From contig JBBDIZ010000024.1 in assembly GCA_040880145.1 (NCBI GenBank), positions 1 to 64,000 of the forward strand: a stretch of DNA of 64,000 nt. Reading direction: 5' to 3'. Positions 55,909 to 64,000 of this stretch are shown here, piece by piece. Under the pieces are notes generated by a model. The model was given only the letters and a program-made list of their open reading frames with translations, ran no database searches and was not told the DNA's origin. This DNA comes from Simkaniaceae bacterium (GTDB taxonomy: Bacteria; Chlamydiota; Chlamydiia; Chlamydiales; JAJFMI01). Both the position numbers and the translations under genes were made by a program. Numbering within the stretch: the stretch's first letter is position 1; each line of letters opens with the position of its first letter.

Positions 55909-56847
55909 TCAAGAATTATTTGGCAGAATGAGGAGGTCAAGGGTTAAGTCTTTAGAGAAATCTAAAATTCCCTGCACCTTGATTTTGTCGAATGCAAAAT
56001 AATCTTTATGACCGGTTCCAATAATACGATTATGAAAATAATCGATGAGGTAGCGGCCGCAACTTGTTTGATCCTTATCTTTCTGGAATTTTTTTGTGGT
56101 ATCTTTAATTTCTTTCGTAATTGAGAGTTTTTTAGCAAGGTCGTTGGCGTAACGTTTGACTTTTTTTCTTTCTTTATCATTGATGGATTTCCCGGCTGAG
56201 TCAAAGTAGGAGATATTGTTCTTTGTTCGATCGACATACAACCCTACAAAATGGTTTCCAATTTTCATGGGAATAAGGAGAGGGTCAAGGCTATTTAAGT
56301 CAAGAGCGAGCTTGTTTGCCTTATCCGCATTGGGGCATACAAATTGATAATCAAAGTTTTGTTCATAGGTCTTTTTCAGAGCCTCTAGATAATAAGAGAG
56401 ATCTCGACCGGTTAATTTTTCATCTTTATCGTGAAAGCGAAAAAGAGCGTGAATCGGGTTTTTTCCATTTTCATCCAGGTTTTTGCATACTTTCCCTTCA
56501 ATATGACTTAAGTCATTAAAGTTGATTTCATCAATTGCCTTAATTGTATTGTCTTCAAAACGAACTTTTCCGTCCTCTTGATTAAAAACAAAGGAGTTCA
56601 CGGTTTTATCAAATCCATTCGAATCAAAAACATCTCTAACGGCTTCTTTTACCTCTTTCCAGTTTTCATGATTAAGTCGAAGTGTCCGGCACTCTTCGCT
56701 TATGACGCTTACACGATAAAACTTCGATCCTAGAAGTACAGTAGCAGAGCTTTTATAGCTCTCTTTTGGGGCGCTCTGTTCGCTGTAATTGGAAAAAGTA
56801 TCCTCTTCTTCAAGTTCTATAATGTCAATGTTGTTATTATTAATCAT
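55909..56847 (-). CDS. CE-clan (C48/Ulp1-like) cysteine protease, candidate deubiquitinase/deSUMOylase/deneddylase effector
   Basis: LLIPMKIGNHFVGLYVD...ISYFDS...FQKDKDQTSCGRYL gives the His-Asp-Gln-Cys order; start MINNNNI at 56847 follows GAAGGA (ORF track starts at 56883). Confidence 0.8.
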   Translation of the reverse strand: MINNNNIDIIELEEEDTFSNYSEQSAPKESYKSSATVLLGSKFYRVSVISEECRTLRLNHENWKEVKEAVRDVFDSNGFDKTVNSFVFNQEDGKVRFEDNTIKAIDEINFNDLSHIEGKVCKNLDENGKNPIHALFRFHDKDEKLTGRDLSYYLEALKKTYEQNFDYQFVCPNADKANKLALDLNSLDPLLIPMKIGNHFVGLYVDRTKNNISYFDSAGKSINDKERKKVKRYANDLAKKLSITKEIKDTTKKFQKDKDQTSCGRYLIDYFHNRIIGTGHKDYFAFDKIKVQGILDFSKDLTLDLLILPNNS

Positions 56848-56982
56848 GAGAAAATCCTTCATTATTATAAATAATTTTAACACGATATTAATTATACGTC
56901 AATAGATTCTTTAATAACTTTAAGTCAATTATTTCGAATGGGTTGAGATTATTTCATCCCTTGGCTATTCTAAAGCTCACTT

Positions 56983-58221
56983 ATGAAGTCTTTAAAAGCG
57001 CTCCTTTTTTATCTCGATCAGGGTAGACCATTTTGTGCCGATTCAAGGAAAGCGCAAACTAGATCTATTTACTTTGCTCTAAAAGGCTTACGTCATGATG
57101 GGCATGATTTTTTAAAAGAGGCTCGAAATAAGGGGGCTGAGGTTGCGGTTGTCTCAGATGATTACAAGGGAAAAGACTTTGGTTTAACGCTTTTTTTTGA
57201 ACGTGATGTGCTTCAAACTCTCCAGAGTCTTGCCGGCATTTCTCGGGAGAGGAATTTAAAGCAGAAAGTGATTGGAATTACAGGCTCTGTTGGTAAAACA
57301 TCGACAAAGGAGTTTTTAGCGGCCCTTCTGAAAAAGGAATTTGTTGTTGAATATACGAAGAATTCAGAGAATTCTCAAGTCTCTCTTCCGCTGACGATTT
57401 TAAATAGCAATCCCAAGGCTCAAATTTTGATTTTAGAAATGGGAATGAGTGTCGAGGGAGAGCTCAAGCATTTAACAAAGATCGCTCAGCCTGATATAGC
57501 GCTTATTACCCGGATCGCCCTTTCACATGCGGACTCATTTTCAAATAAGGAAGCGATTGCAAGAGCAAAGGGAGAAATTTTACAATCTCCGCGCTTGAAA
57601 ATGGTTGTGATGAGTGAAAATGTCTCTTCTTACCGCCCTTTCCGCGACTATCGAGGAGAAAAGTTGATTTACAAAAAGGAAGAGATGAAAGAGCCTTTGC
57701 CTCTTCAGTTTTCAGCTGATCATCTTGTCGAAAATCTTTACGGCGCGATAAAAGTTGCGCAGTATTTAGGCATGTCTATTAGTGAAATTCGAAATCAATC
57801 GATGGAGATTGAGCCTTTTACACGCCGCTTTTCACAGCTTGAAAAAAGAGGCGTCCTTTTTATAGATGATACGTATAACGCCAACCTGGATTCTTCACTC
57901 GCGGCTTTGAAAAATCTCCCAAACCCAAAAGAAGAGAGTGGAAAAAAAATTGCCGTACTCGGATCGATGAAGGAGCTTGGCAATTTTTCTGAAGAGTGTC
58001 ATAAAAAAGTTGGGGAATCTGCAAAGGAAAAAGTCGATCATCTCTTAACTTTTGGTGAAGAGGCTAAATGGATTGGCGAAGCTTTTGGCAGAGGATCTGA
58101 GCACTTTTCAAGTAAAACTGAATTATTGGAGAGATTAAAAGAGCTTGCAAAGAAGGGGGATGTCGTTTTGGTTAAAGGTTCCAATTCACTTGAGATGGAC
58201 TCCCTTTTGAGGGATTATTAA
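56983..58221 (+). CDS. murF: UDP-MurNAc-tripeptide:D-Ala-D-Ala ligase
   Basis: DSRK, DGHDF, GITGSVGKTSTKE, DDTYNAN, LGSMKELG, VLVKGS. Confidence 0.95.
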   Translation: MKSLKALLFYLDQGRPFCADSRKAQTRSIYFALKGLRHDGHDFLKEARNKGAEVAVVSDDYKGKDFGLTLFFERDVLQTLQSLAGISRERNLKQKVIGITGSVGKTSTKEFLAALLKKEFVVEYTKNSENSQVSLPLTILNSNPKAQILILEMGMSVEGELKHLTKIAQPDIALITRIALSHADSFSNKEAIARAKGEILQSPRLKMVVMSENVSSYRPFRDYRGEKLIYKKEEMKEPLPLQFSADHLVENLYGAIKVAQYLGMSISEIRNQSMEIEPFTRRFSQLEKRGVLFIDDTYNANLDSSLAALKNLPNPKEESGKKIAVLGSMKELGNFSEECHKKVGESAKEKVDHLLTFGEEAKWIGEAFGRGSEHFSSKTELLERLKELAKKGDVVLVKGSNSLEMDSLLRDY

Positions 58222-59369
58222 TGCTTCTATTTTTGCTTGAATTTCTAAAAAATCAAGGAATTCATATCCCTAACGTCTTTTTTTATCTCTCAACGCGCAT
58301 GATTTTAAGCGCATTAACCGCTCTTTTTTTCACGCTTTTTTTAGGCCCTCCTTTGATATCAAAACTTCGAAGTATGAAGTGGCGTCAACCAATTCGCAAG
58401 GAAGCTGTTGAGACACTTTACAAGCTTCATGAGAAAAAGGACAAAACACCCACGATGGGGGGCGTATTGATATTAGGGGGTATGCTTTTATCTTTAATTC
58501 TTTGGATGGATTTGACTTCGTCTTTTACGTTCCTTCTCATGGTGACCACGCTTGTATTGGGAGGGGTGGGGGGATTCGATGATTATTTAAAATTAAAACA
58601 CAAAAATTCGAAAGGGCTTTCCGGTCGAAAAAAAATGGGGGTCCAACTTCTTCTCGCTTTATTTATCGGGCTCTATCTTTTTTGGCCAAAGTTTCAATCG
58701 CTTTTCCCCCTGCAGCCTCCTTACTCTTCAGAGGTGATTGGGTCTATCTACTTCTTTCCTTTTTTTAAAGAACCTTTTTTTGTGTTATCAGGTGCCGGCC
58801 TTCTTATCGGACCGCTTTTGACTCTTTTTATCATCACAGGGACCTCCAATGCAGTCAATCTCTCAGATGGGTTGGATAGTATGGCTGCCGGGCTTCTTGT
58901 TTTTGCCTCTTCTGTATTGGCTATCTTTGCCTTTATTTCCAGCAATAGTGAAATCGCTCGTTATTTAAATATGATTTACATAGCAGGGAGCGGAGATATT
59001 GGAGTCTATCTAGCCGCATTATTTGGAGGGTGTTTAGGATTTTTGTGGTTTAACAGTCATCCTGCCGAAATTTTCATGGGAGACGTGGGTTCTTTACCTC
59101 TCGGAGGCATTCTTGCCGTTTCTGCAATTCTCTTAAGGCGAGAGTTTTTATTAGCTTTAGTGGGCGGGGTTTTTGTCATCGAGGCATTCAGCGTGATATT
59201 ACAAGTTCTTTCCTTCCGTCTTCGCCGAGGTAAAAGAATTTTTCTTTGCACTCCTTTGCATCACCACTTTGAGTATAAGGGGTGGCCTGAAACAAAAGTG
59301 GTGTTGCGTTTTTGGATCATAGGTCTTATCTTAGCTATGCTTGGTTTAGCTTCGGTAAAGTTTCAATGA
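58221..59369 (+). CDS. mraY: Phospho-MurNAc-pentapeptide translocase
   Basis: TPTMGG, DDYLK, NAVNLSDGLD, FMGDVGS, PLHHHFE. Confidence 0.97.
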   Translation: MLLFLLEFLKNQGIHIPNVFFYLSTRMILSALTALFFTLFLGPPLISKLRSMKWRQPIRKEAVETLYKLHEKKDKTPTMGGVLILGGMLLSLILWMDLTSSFTFLLMVTTLVLGGVGGFDDYLKLKHKNSKGLSGRKKMGVQLLLALFIGLYLFWPKFQSLFPLQPPYSSEVIGSIYFFPFFKEPFFVLSGAGLLIGPLLTLFIITGTSNAVNLSDGLDSMAAGLLVFASSVLAIFAFISSNSEIARYLNMIYIAGSGDIGVYLAALFGGCLGFLWFNSHPAEIFMGDVGSLPLGGILAVSAILLRREFLLALVGGVFVIEAFSVILQVLSFRLRRGKRIFLCTPLHHHFEYKGWPETKVVLRFWIIGLILAMLGLASVKFQ

Positions 59370-60541
59370 AAAGAGTAATTTTTGGTTTGGGTTTAAGCGG
59401 TTTGGCAGCGCTTGAGCTATTAAAGCGGGAAAGTGGAGAGCTTTTTGCTGTCGACAGAAAGCCCATTTCAGTTGAAGGGGTCAGCGTCTATAAAGAAGAG
59501 GCTTTTCCAACAAATATCTCAATTGATGAGGTGATTGTGTCCCCGGGAGTCTCCTTTTCGAATCCATTGATTCAACGTTTTTTAAAAAGAGGGATTCCAG
59601 TGATAGGTGAGATGGAAATGGCTTTAGGAAGGGTCCATCAGCCTTGCATCGGCATTACAGGAACAAATGGAAAAACCACCACCACCTATCGAATCACCCA
59701 TTTACTGAATCAGGCGGGACAAAAAGCCTGTGCTCTTGGAAATTGTGGAATACCTTTATCTTCTTATCTTCTTAACCCGGATTTAACGGAAACACTTTGT
59801 TTAGAAATGAGTTCATTCCAACTCGAAACCATCCAGTCGAAAAAATTAGAAAGAGCGCTGCTGCTTCCCATCACAGAGGATCATTTAGATCGTTACCGCT
59901 CATTTGAAGACTATGCGAAAACAAAGTGTCGGATAGTTAAAGCCCTTCAAGAGGGTGGAAAACTGCTCCTATTAGAGGAAACAAAAAAAAAGTTTGAAAA
60001 ATATTTAAATGAAGTTGAAAGTATCTCTATAAGGGGAGGTGTTGAAGATCTCGTCAACAAGCTCTTTGAATCTCTTCATATTGAAGTATCTGAGGAGATG
60101 AAAAAGAGCTTTCAAAGCCCCAAGCATAGGCTTGAGGAGGTCGGCACTTTTAAAGGGGTGCGTGTGATTAATGATAGTAAAGCGACAAACATAGACTCTG
60201 TCCTTTACGCTGTACACTCTTTGCCAAAAAACCTCTCGATCATTTTAGGAGGTCGTGACAAAGGAGGCGATTTTACAAAACTTGTAGATCTCTTCCGCCG
60301 CCGCGTAAAAAAAGCCTACCTTTATGGTGAGGCCTCAGTTAAAATCAAAAAGGAATTAAATGGGATTCCCTTGGAAATGGGTTCGTTTGAAGAGATGGTC
60401 AATCTAGCGTTTAAAGAGACAAAAAGTGGAGAGATTCTTCTTCTTTCACCAGCTTGCGCAAGTTTTGACTCTTTTAGGAACTTTGAGGAAAGGGGAGACC
60501 TGTTTAAAAAAATCGTTAAACAATCAGTGATGCCATCATGA
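59366..60541 (+). CDS. murD: UDP-MurNAc-L-Ala:D-Glu ligase
   Basis: GLGLSG, VSPG, GITGTNGKTTT, DHLDRY, NDSKATN, SPACASFD; ATGA overlap with the mraY stop gives start 59366. Confidence 0.95.
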   Translation: MKRVIFGLGLSGLAALELLKRESGELFAVDRKPISVEGVSVYKEEAFPTNISIDEVIVSPGVSFSNPLIQRFLKRGIPVIGEMEMALGRVHQPCIGITGTNGKTTTTYRITHLLNQAGQKACALGNCGIPLSSYLLNPDLTETLCLEMSSFQLETIQSKKLERALLLPITEDHLDRYRSFEDYAKTKCRIVKALQEGGKLLLLEETKKKFEKYLNEVESISIRGGVEDLVNKLFESLHIEVSEEMKKSFQSPKHRLEEVGTFKGVRVINDSKATNIDSVLYAVHSLPKNLSIILGGRDKGGDFTKLVDLFRRRVKKAYLYGEASVKIKKELNGIPLEMGSFEEMVNLAFKETKSGEILLLSPACASFDSFRNFEERGDLFKKIVKQSVMPS

Positions 60542-61146
60542 ACCGAAAAGATATCATTATTACAGCCGTTTTAATCAATGCGGGACTTTTAATTGTTCTC
60601 TTTATCAGCTCTTTGAAGCCAAGAGATTTCGATGAAAGTGTTCAGAAAAAAAAGATTGAAAAAGTAACGCACCAAGCGCAAATAAAAGCGCCCCCACCCC
60701 CAATTCTAGAGCAGAAAAGCGTAGATCAACAGATCGCCAAGGCCGCTAAAAAAATTGAAAAAAGCCCCTCAAAAATTGTTCAGCCTCTACGAGAAGAAAA
60801 AAAAGTTCCGACGCTGGTCTTAGTCGAGGTCATGCAGGGGGATAATTTAGAAAAAATCGCGAAAAGCTATGAGGTCAGCGTTGAGTCATTAATGAATGAG
60901 AATCAATTGAGCACAACAAGGCTTCAAATTGGACAAAAACTTAAAATTCCAGCTCAAAAAAATCGGCCGAAAGAAGAGATTCAAAAACTGGAAAAGCATG
61001 AGTACTATACAGTGAAAAATGGGGATAATCCTTGGACGATTGCCGTTAAAAATCAAATCAAGGTCGACGAGTTATTAAAGCTCAATGGCCTGGATGAAAA
61101 TAAGGCGCGTCGATTAAAGCCGGGAGACAGACTCAAAATCAAATGA
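60538..61146 (+). CDS. Membrane-anchored protein with two LysM domains (chlamydial NlpD-like)
   Basis: N-terminal TM; VMQGDNLEKIA and YTVKNGDNPWTIA LysM repeats. Confidence 0.9.
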   Translation: MNRKDIIITAVLINAGLLIVLFISSLKPRDFDESVQKKKIEKVTHQAQIKAPPPPILEQKSVDQQIAKAAKKIEKSPSKIVQPLREEKKVPTLVLVEVMQGDNLEKIAKSYEVSVESLMNENQLSTTRLQIGQKLKIPAQKNRPKEEIQKLEKHEYYTVKNGDNPWTIAVKNQIKVDELLKLNGLDENKARRLKPGDRLKIK

Positions 61147-62246
61147 CCCGATATTTGACGTTTCTTCCTCTTCTGACCGCGCTTCTTTTTTGTATTGGGC
61201 TGATGATGGTTTTTAATACGACAAGTGCGGAAATTATCGACCAGGAACTATCGACAAACCCTTATAGTGCATTAATCAAGCAATTGAGTTTTGCGCTTTT
61301 TGGTTTTTTGCTCTGTTTTCTCATTTGGAGAAGTCAAGTCGATCATTTATTTGAGAGCTCGAATACTCTTTTTTGGGGAGGAGTCGTTTTACTTCTTTTA
61401 GTCTATTTTCCAGGTATTGGTCATAAGATTAATGGGGCTAATCGTTGGGTTGGGCTAAAACCTTTTGTCTTTCAGCCCTCAGAGTTTATGAAGGTGATCC
61501 TGCCGCTTTATACCCTCCATTTCCTCTCTCACTCAGGCAGGATCGACTTCAATCTCTTTTTAAGACTTGTCGCGAGATTGTCAGTTCCGCTGCTGCTCAT
61601 TCTTTTAGAGCCGGATAATGGGACAACGGCTATGCTGATTTTAGCTATTTGTGCTCTTTTTTTTCTGACAAAAATACCTGTTCGTTATTGGGCCCTTCCT
61701 CTTTTTTCTGTAGCTTTAATAGGAGGTGCCATTGGGGCTCAAATGACCCACGTGACGGACAGAATTCGTGTTTATTTAAATCCGGAGCTGGATCTGCTTG
61801 GAAGAGGGCATCAACCCTATCAAGCTAAAATCGCCGCAGGATCAGGACAGCTTTTTGGACGAGGTCTCGGAGAGAGTCTTCAAAAATTGAATTACTTACC
61901 AGAAGCAAGAAGTGACTATATCGCGGCCATTTATGCTGAGGAATTTGGTTTTTTGGGTATGCTTTTTTTGATCGTGATTTTTATGATGATTAGTTTTCTC
62001 GGATTTACTATCGGCTCCTTTGCAAAGGATGAAAATGCTTCCTGCTTAGCTCATATTTTAACCTTTACGATCGCGATACAAGGATTTGTTAATTTAGGCG
62101 TTGTTTCAGGGCTTTTACCGAGTAAGGGGACTAACCTGCCTTTTTTTAGCCAGGGAGGTTCTTCGCTAGTTGCAAACATGATTGCTTTAACTATAATCAT
62201 TAAAATAGGAAAAGAAGCGTGGATCAAAAAAAGAAAGTTATCCTAG
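61143..62246 (+). CDS. ftsW: SEDS peptidoglycan polymerase FtsW
   Basis: NGANRW, QPSEFMK, EPDNGT, YLPEARSDYI, LPFFSQGGSS. Confidence 0.94.
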   Translation: MTRYLTFLPLLTALLFCIGLMMVFNTTSAEIIDQELSTNPYSALIKQLSFALFGFLLCFLIWRSQVDHLFESSNTLFWGGVVLLLLVYFPGIGHKINGANRWVGLKPFVFQPSEFMKVILPLYTLHFLSHSGRIDFNLFLRLVARLSVPLLLILLEPDNGTTAMLILAICALFFLTKIPVRYWALPLFSVALIGGAIGAQMTHVTDRIRVYLNPELDLLGRGHQPYQAKIAAGSGQLFGRGLGESLQKLNYLPEARSDYIAAIYAEEFGFLGMLFLIVIFMMISFLGFTIGSFAKDENASCLAHILTFTIAIQGFVNLGVVSGLLPSKGTNLPFFSQGGSSLVANMIALTIIIKIGKEAWIKKRKLS

Positions 62247-63265
62247 CTTGCGGGGGGTCAGGAGGCCACCTCTATCCGGCCCAGGAGCTCGCGTTGCAAT
62301 TGATTCGAGAGGGAATTGAGGTATCCTTTATAGGAGTTGATCTCGATAAATCGTCTTTCTTATCCAATGAATTTCGACGCTGCTCTTTGCCTGGAGCACC
62401 TCTTAAAAATCCTATACGCTCGACTTTTCTTCATGCAAAAGGGCTATTAAAGAGCCTTTCCTTTATGCGAAGACAGGCTCCTCATCTTATTATCGGTTTT
62501 GGGAGTTATCACTCTTTTACACCGCTACTTGCAGCGCGTCTTTTAAAAACACCTTACCTTATTTTTGAAGCCAATAGCGTTCTTGGAAGAGTGAATCGGC
62601 TTTTTGTGAAAAAAGCGCAAAAATCCCTCTCGTTTTTCCCACATTCTGAAATGGTTCGGGTGAAGATGCCGATTCGCTGCAAACGAGCAACGAAAGATGA
62701 AGCGCTAAAGCACTATGGTCTTGAGAAGGAAAAATGCACGCTTTTGATTTGCGGGGGATCGCAAGGAGCTTTATCGTTAAATCAGCTTTTTATGAAAGCA
62801 CTTAAAGAAATCCCTTCCTCGCTTCGACATTTTCAGATTATTCACATCACAGGCCTTGGAAAAAAAGAGGGAGAAGCGAAGCGTCTTTACAGCGCTTTTG
62901 GCATCAAAAACGTTGTGATTCCGTTTGAATTAGAAATGCACTATGCTTACGCAGCATCAGATTTGGTATTAGCGCGTGCAGGCGCCGGAACGATTGCTGA
63001 TCTTGTGGCTTATGAAAGGCCGGCCCTACTCATTCCATATCCCTTTGAAACCGATGGCCACCAGACAAAAAATGCCGCCTTTATGAAGCTAGCCGTTGGA
63101 GGAGCTGAATTCTTATCAGAAAAAGACCTAACCCCTGAAAAGCTAGCTGAAAACCTATTAAATATTATGAGAAAAAAAGAGCCTATGAAAAAAGCGATTA
63201 GCTTTTTTAAAGCAAATGATCATCGCAAAGAACTTTCTGAATATCTCCTCAAGGAATACTTTTGA
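62219..63265 (+). CDS. murG: Undecaprenyl-PP-MurNAc-pentapeptide GlcNAc transferase
   Basis: GGSGGHLYP, EANSVLGRVN, GGSQGA, RAGAGT, HQTKNA. Confidence 0.96.
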   Translation: MDQKKKVILACGGSGGHLYPAQELALQLIREGIEVSFIGVDLDKSSFLSNEFRRCSLPGAPLKNPIRSTFLHAKGLLKSLSFMRRQAPHLIIGFGSYHSFTPLLAARLLKTPYLIFEANSVLGRVNRLFVKKAQKSLSFFPHSEMVRVKMPIRCKRATKDEALKHYGLEKEKCTLLICGGSQGALSLNQLFMKALKEIPSSLRHFQIIHITGLGKKEGEAKRLYSAFGIKNVVIPFELEMHYAYAASDLVLARAGAGTIADLVAYERPALLIPYPFETDGHQTKNAAFMKLAVGGAEFLSEKDLTPEKLAENLLNIMRKKEPMKKAISFFKANDHRKELSEYLLKEYF

Positions 63266-64000
63266 AGCATTTTATCGGAATCGGCGGTATTGGAATGAGC
63301 GCACTCGCTTTTTATCTTTTACAGAAGAAAGAGAGCGTTTCCGGAAGCGATTTAAAAGAGAGTGATTTGATAACGCTGATGAGGAAAAAAGGAGCCAAAA
63401 TCAATCTTCCCCATAATGACGAGGTGATCCGGCAAGGAATGAGCGTCATTTATAGCTCCTCGATCTCTCTGAACAATTGCGAGTTTTTAAAAGCGAAAGA
63501 ATTAGGATGCCCCCTTCTTCATCGATCGAGTTTTTTGACACAATTAACAGAGGGCAAAAAAACACTCTACGTAACGGGAGCTCATGGGAAAACGAGTACT
63601 TCAGCACTTTTAAGCCATCTCCTTTATCAAGCCGGAAAAGAGCCCTCTTTTATCTTAGGCGGAATTCCTCACTTTACTCGGAATCATGGGTATGCCGGAG
63701 AAGGGGAGTATTTTGTTCTAGAGGCGGACGAAAGTGACGGATCTTTTTTAAAGGGAACCCCTTTTGCCTCAATTGTAACCAATATTGAAGCAGAGCACCT
63801 CGATTACTGGAAAAGCTTTAGCGCTTTAAAAGAAGCCTACTATCAATTTTGTGAGAAGAGCACGCATCTATTTTATAATGGAGACGATCCTTTATTAAAG
63901 CGTTGGAAATTAAGGGGGACCCCCTATTTCGATCACGAAATTATCAAGGGTCAACAAGAAGGAAATCAGTTGCGCTTCCAGTTTCGGATTGCCGGAAAAA
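63262..64000 (+). CDS. murC: UDP-MurNAc:L-Ala ligase, 5' part (runs off the window; absent from the ORF track)
   Basis: TTG start at 63262 reads MKHFIGIGGIGMSALA...SGSD...GAHGKTSTS...EADESDGSF...TNIEAEHLD with no stop seen. Confidence 0.93.
   Translation, partial: MKHFIGIGGIGMSALAFYLLQKKESVSGSDLKESDLITLMRKKGAKINLPHNDEVIRQGMSVIYSSSISLNNCEFLKAKELGCPLLHRSSFLTQLTEGKKTLYVTGAHGKTSTSALLSHLLYQAGKEPSFILGGIPHFTRNHGYAGEGEYFVLEADESDGSFLKGTPFASIVTNIEAEHLDYWKSFSALKEAYYQFCEKSTHLFYNGDDPLLKRWKLRGTPYFDHEIIKGQQEGNQLRFQFRIAGK

Noticed and set aside
55797..56883. tRNA-Cys as integration site for the protease gene
   Set aside because: The gene lies on the 5' side of the tRNA; I found no duplicated tRNA 3' end and no integrase.
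1107..60217. Numerous 60-150 aa ORFs antisense to or nested in housekeeping genes
   Set aside because: Shadow ORFs expected opposite real genes; none has an RBS plus a recognisable motif.
63477..63737. 86-aa ORF in the ORF track
   Set aside because: Out-of-frame shadow inside murC, which starts at 63262 and continues past the window end.

Overview
Chromosomal window of an environmental (non-Chlamydiaceae) member of the Chlamydiota. The backbone is housekeeping DNA whose gene order matches what I recall of Chlamydia: lepA-npt1-hypothetical / ytgABCD-dxr-rseP-def; hrcA-grpE-dnaK; P1B ATPase-VIT-serS; fused E1 alpha/beta dehydrogenase; ftsK-tRNA-His-comEC; hprK-ptsI / ybaB-dnaX; icc-like-groEL3; murF-mraY-murD-LysM-ftsW-murG-murC (truncated at the window end). 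Two accessory layers sit on this backbone. (1) About eight visibly AT-rich orphan genes, mostly as singletons, that look like host-directed effectors: an F-box protein, a CE-clan (Ulp1/deubiquitinase-like) protease, several Inc-like proteins with long hydrophobic hairpins, and recurrent Cys-Cys or CaaX-like motifs. (2) Three distinct families of TA-ended palindromic miniature elements (MITE-like). Family A has two 172-bp copies plus two fragments. Family B has six copies or fragments, one of which supplies the N-terminal codons of comEC. Family C is a single 340-bp element with G-tract microsatellite arms. Several of these elements lie beside the orphan genes. Other oddities: the comEC stop codon lies inside tRNA-His, two CIRCE operators bracket the hrcA promoter, a pseudo-receiver is fused to a metallo-beta-lactamase fold, ptsH is missing between hprK and ptsI, and there are a PgpH-like HD phosphodiesterase and tandem GT9 glycosyltransferases. 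I saw no transposase, integrase, CRISPR array or rRNA. All assignments come from reading motifs by eye; no database searches were run.
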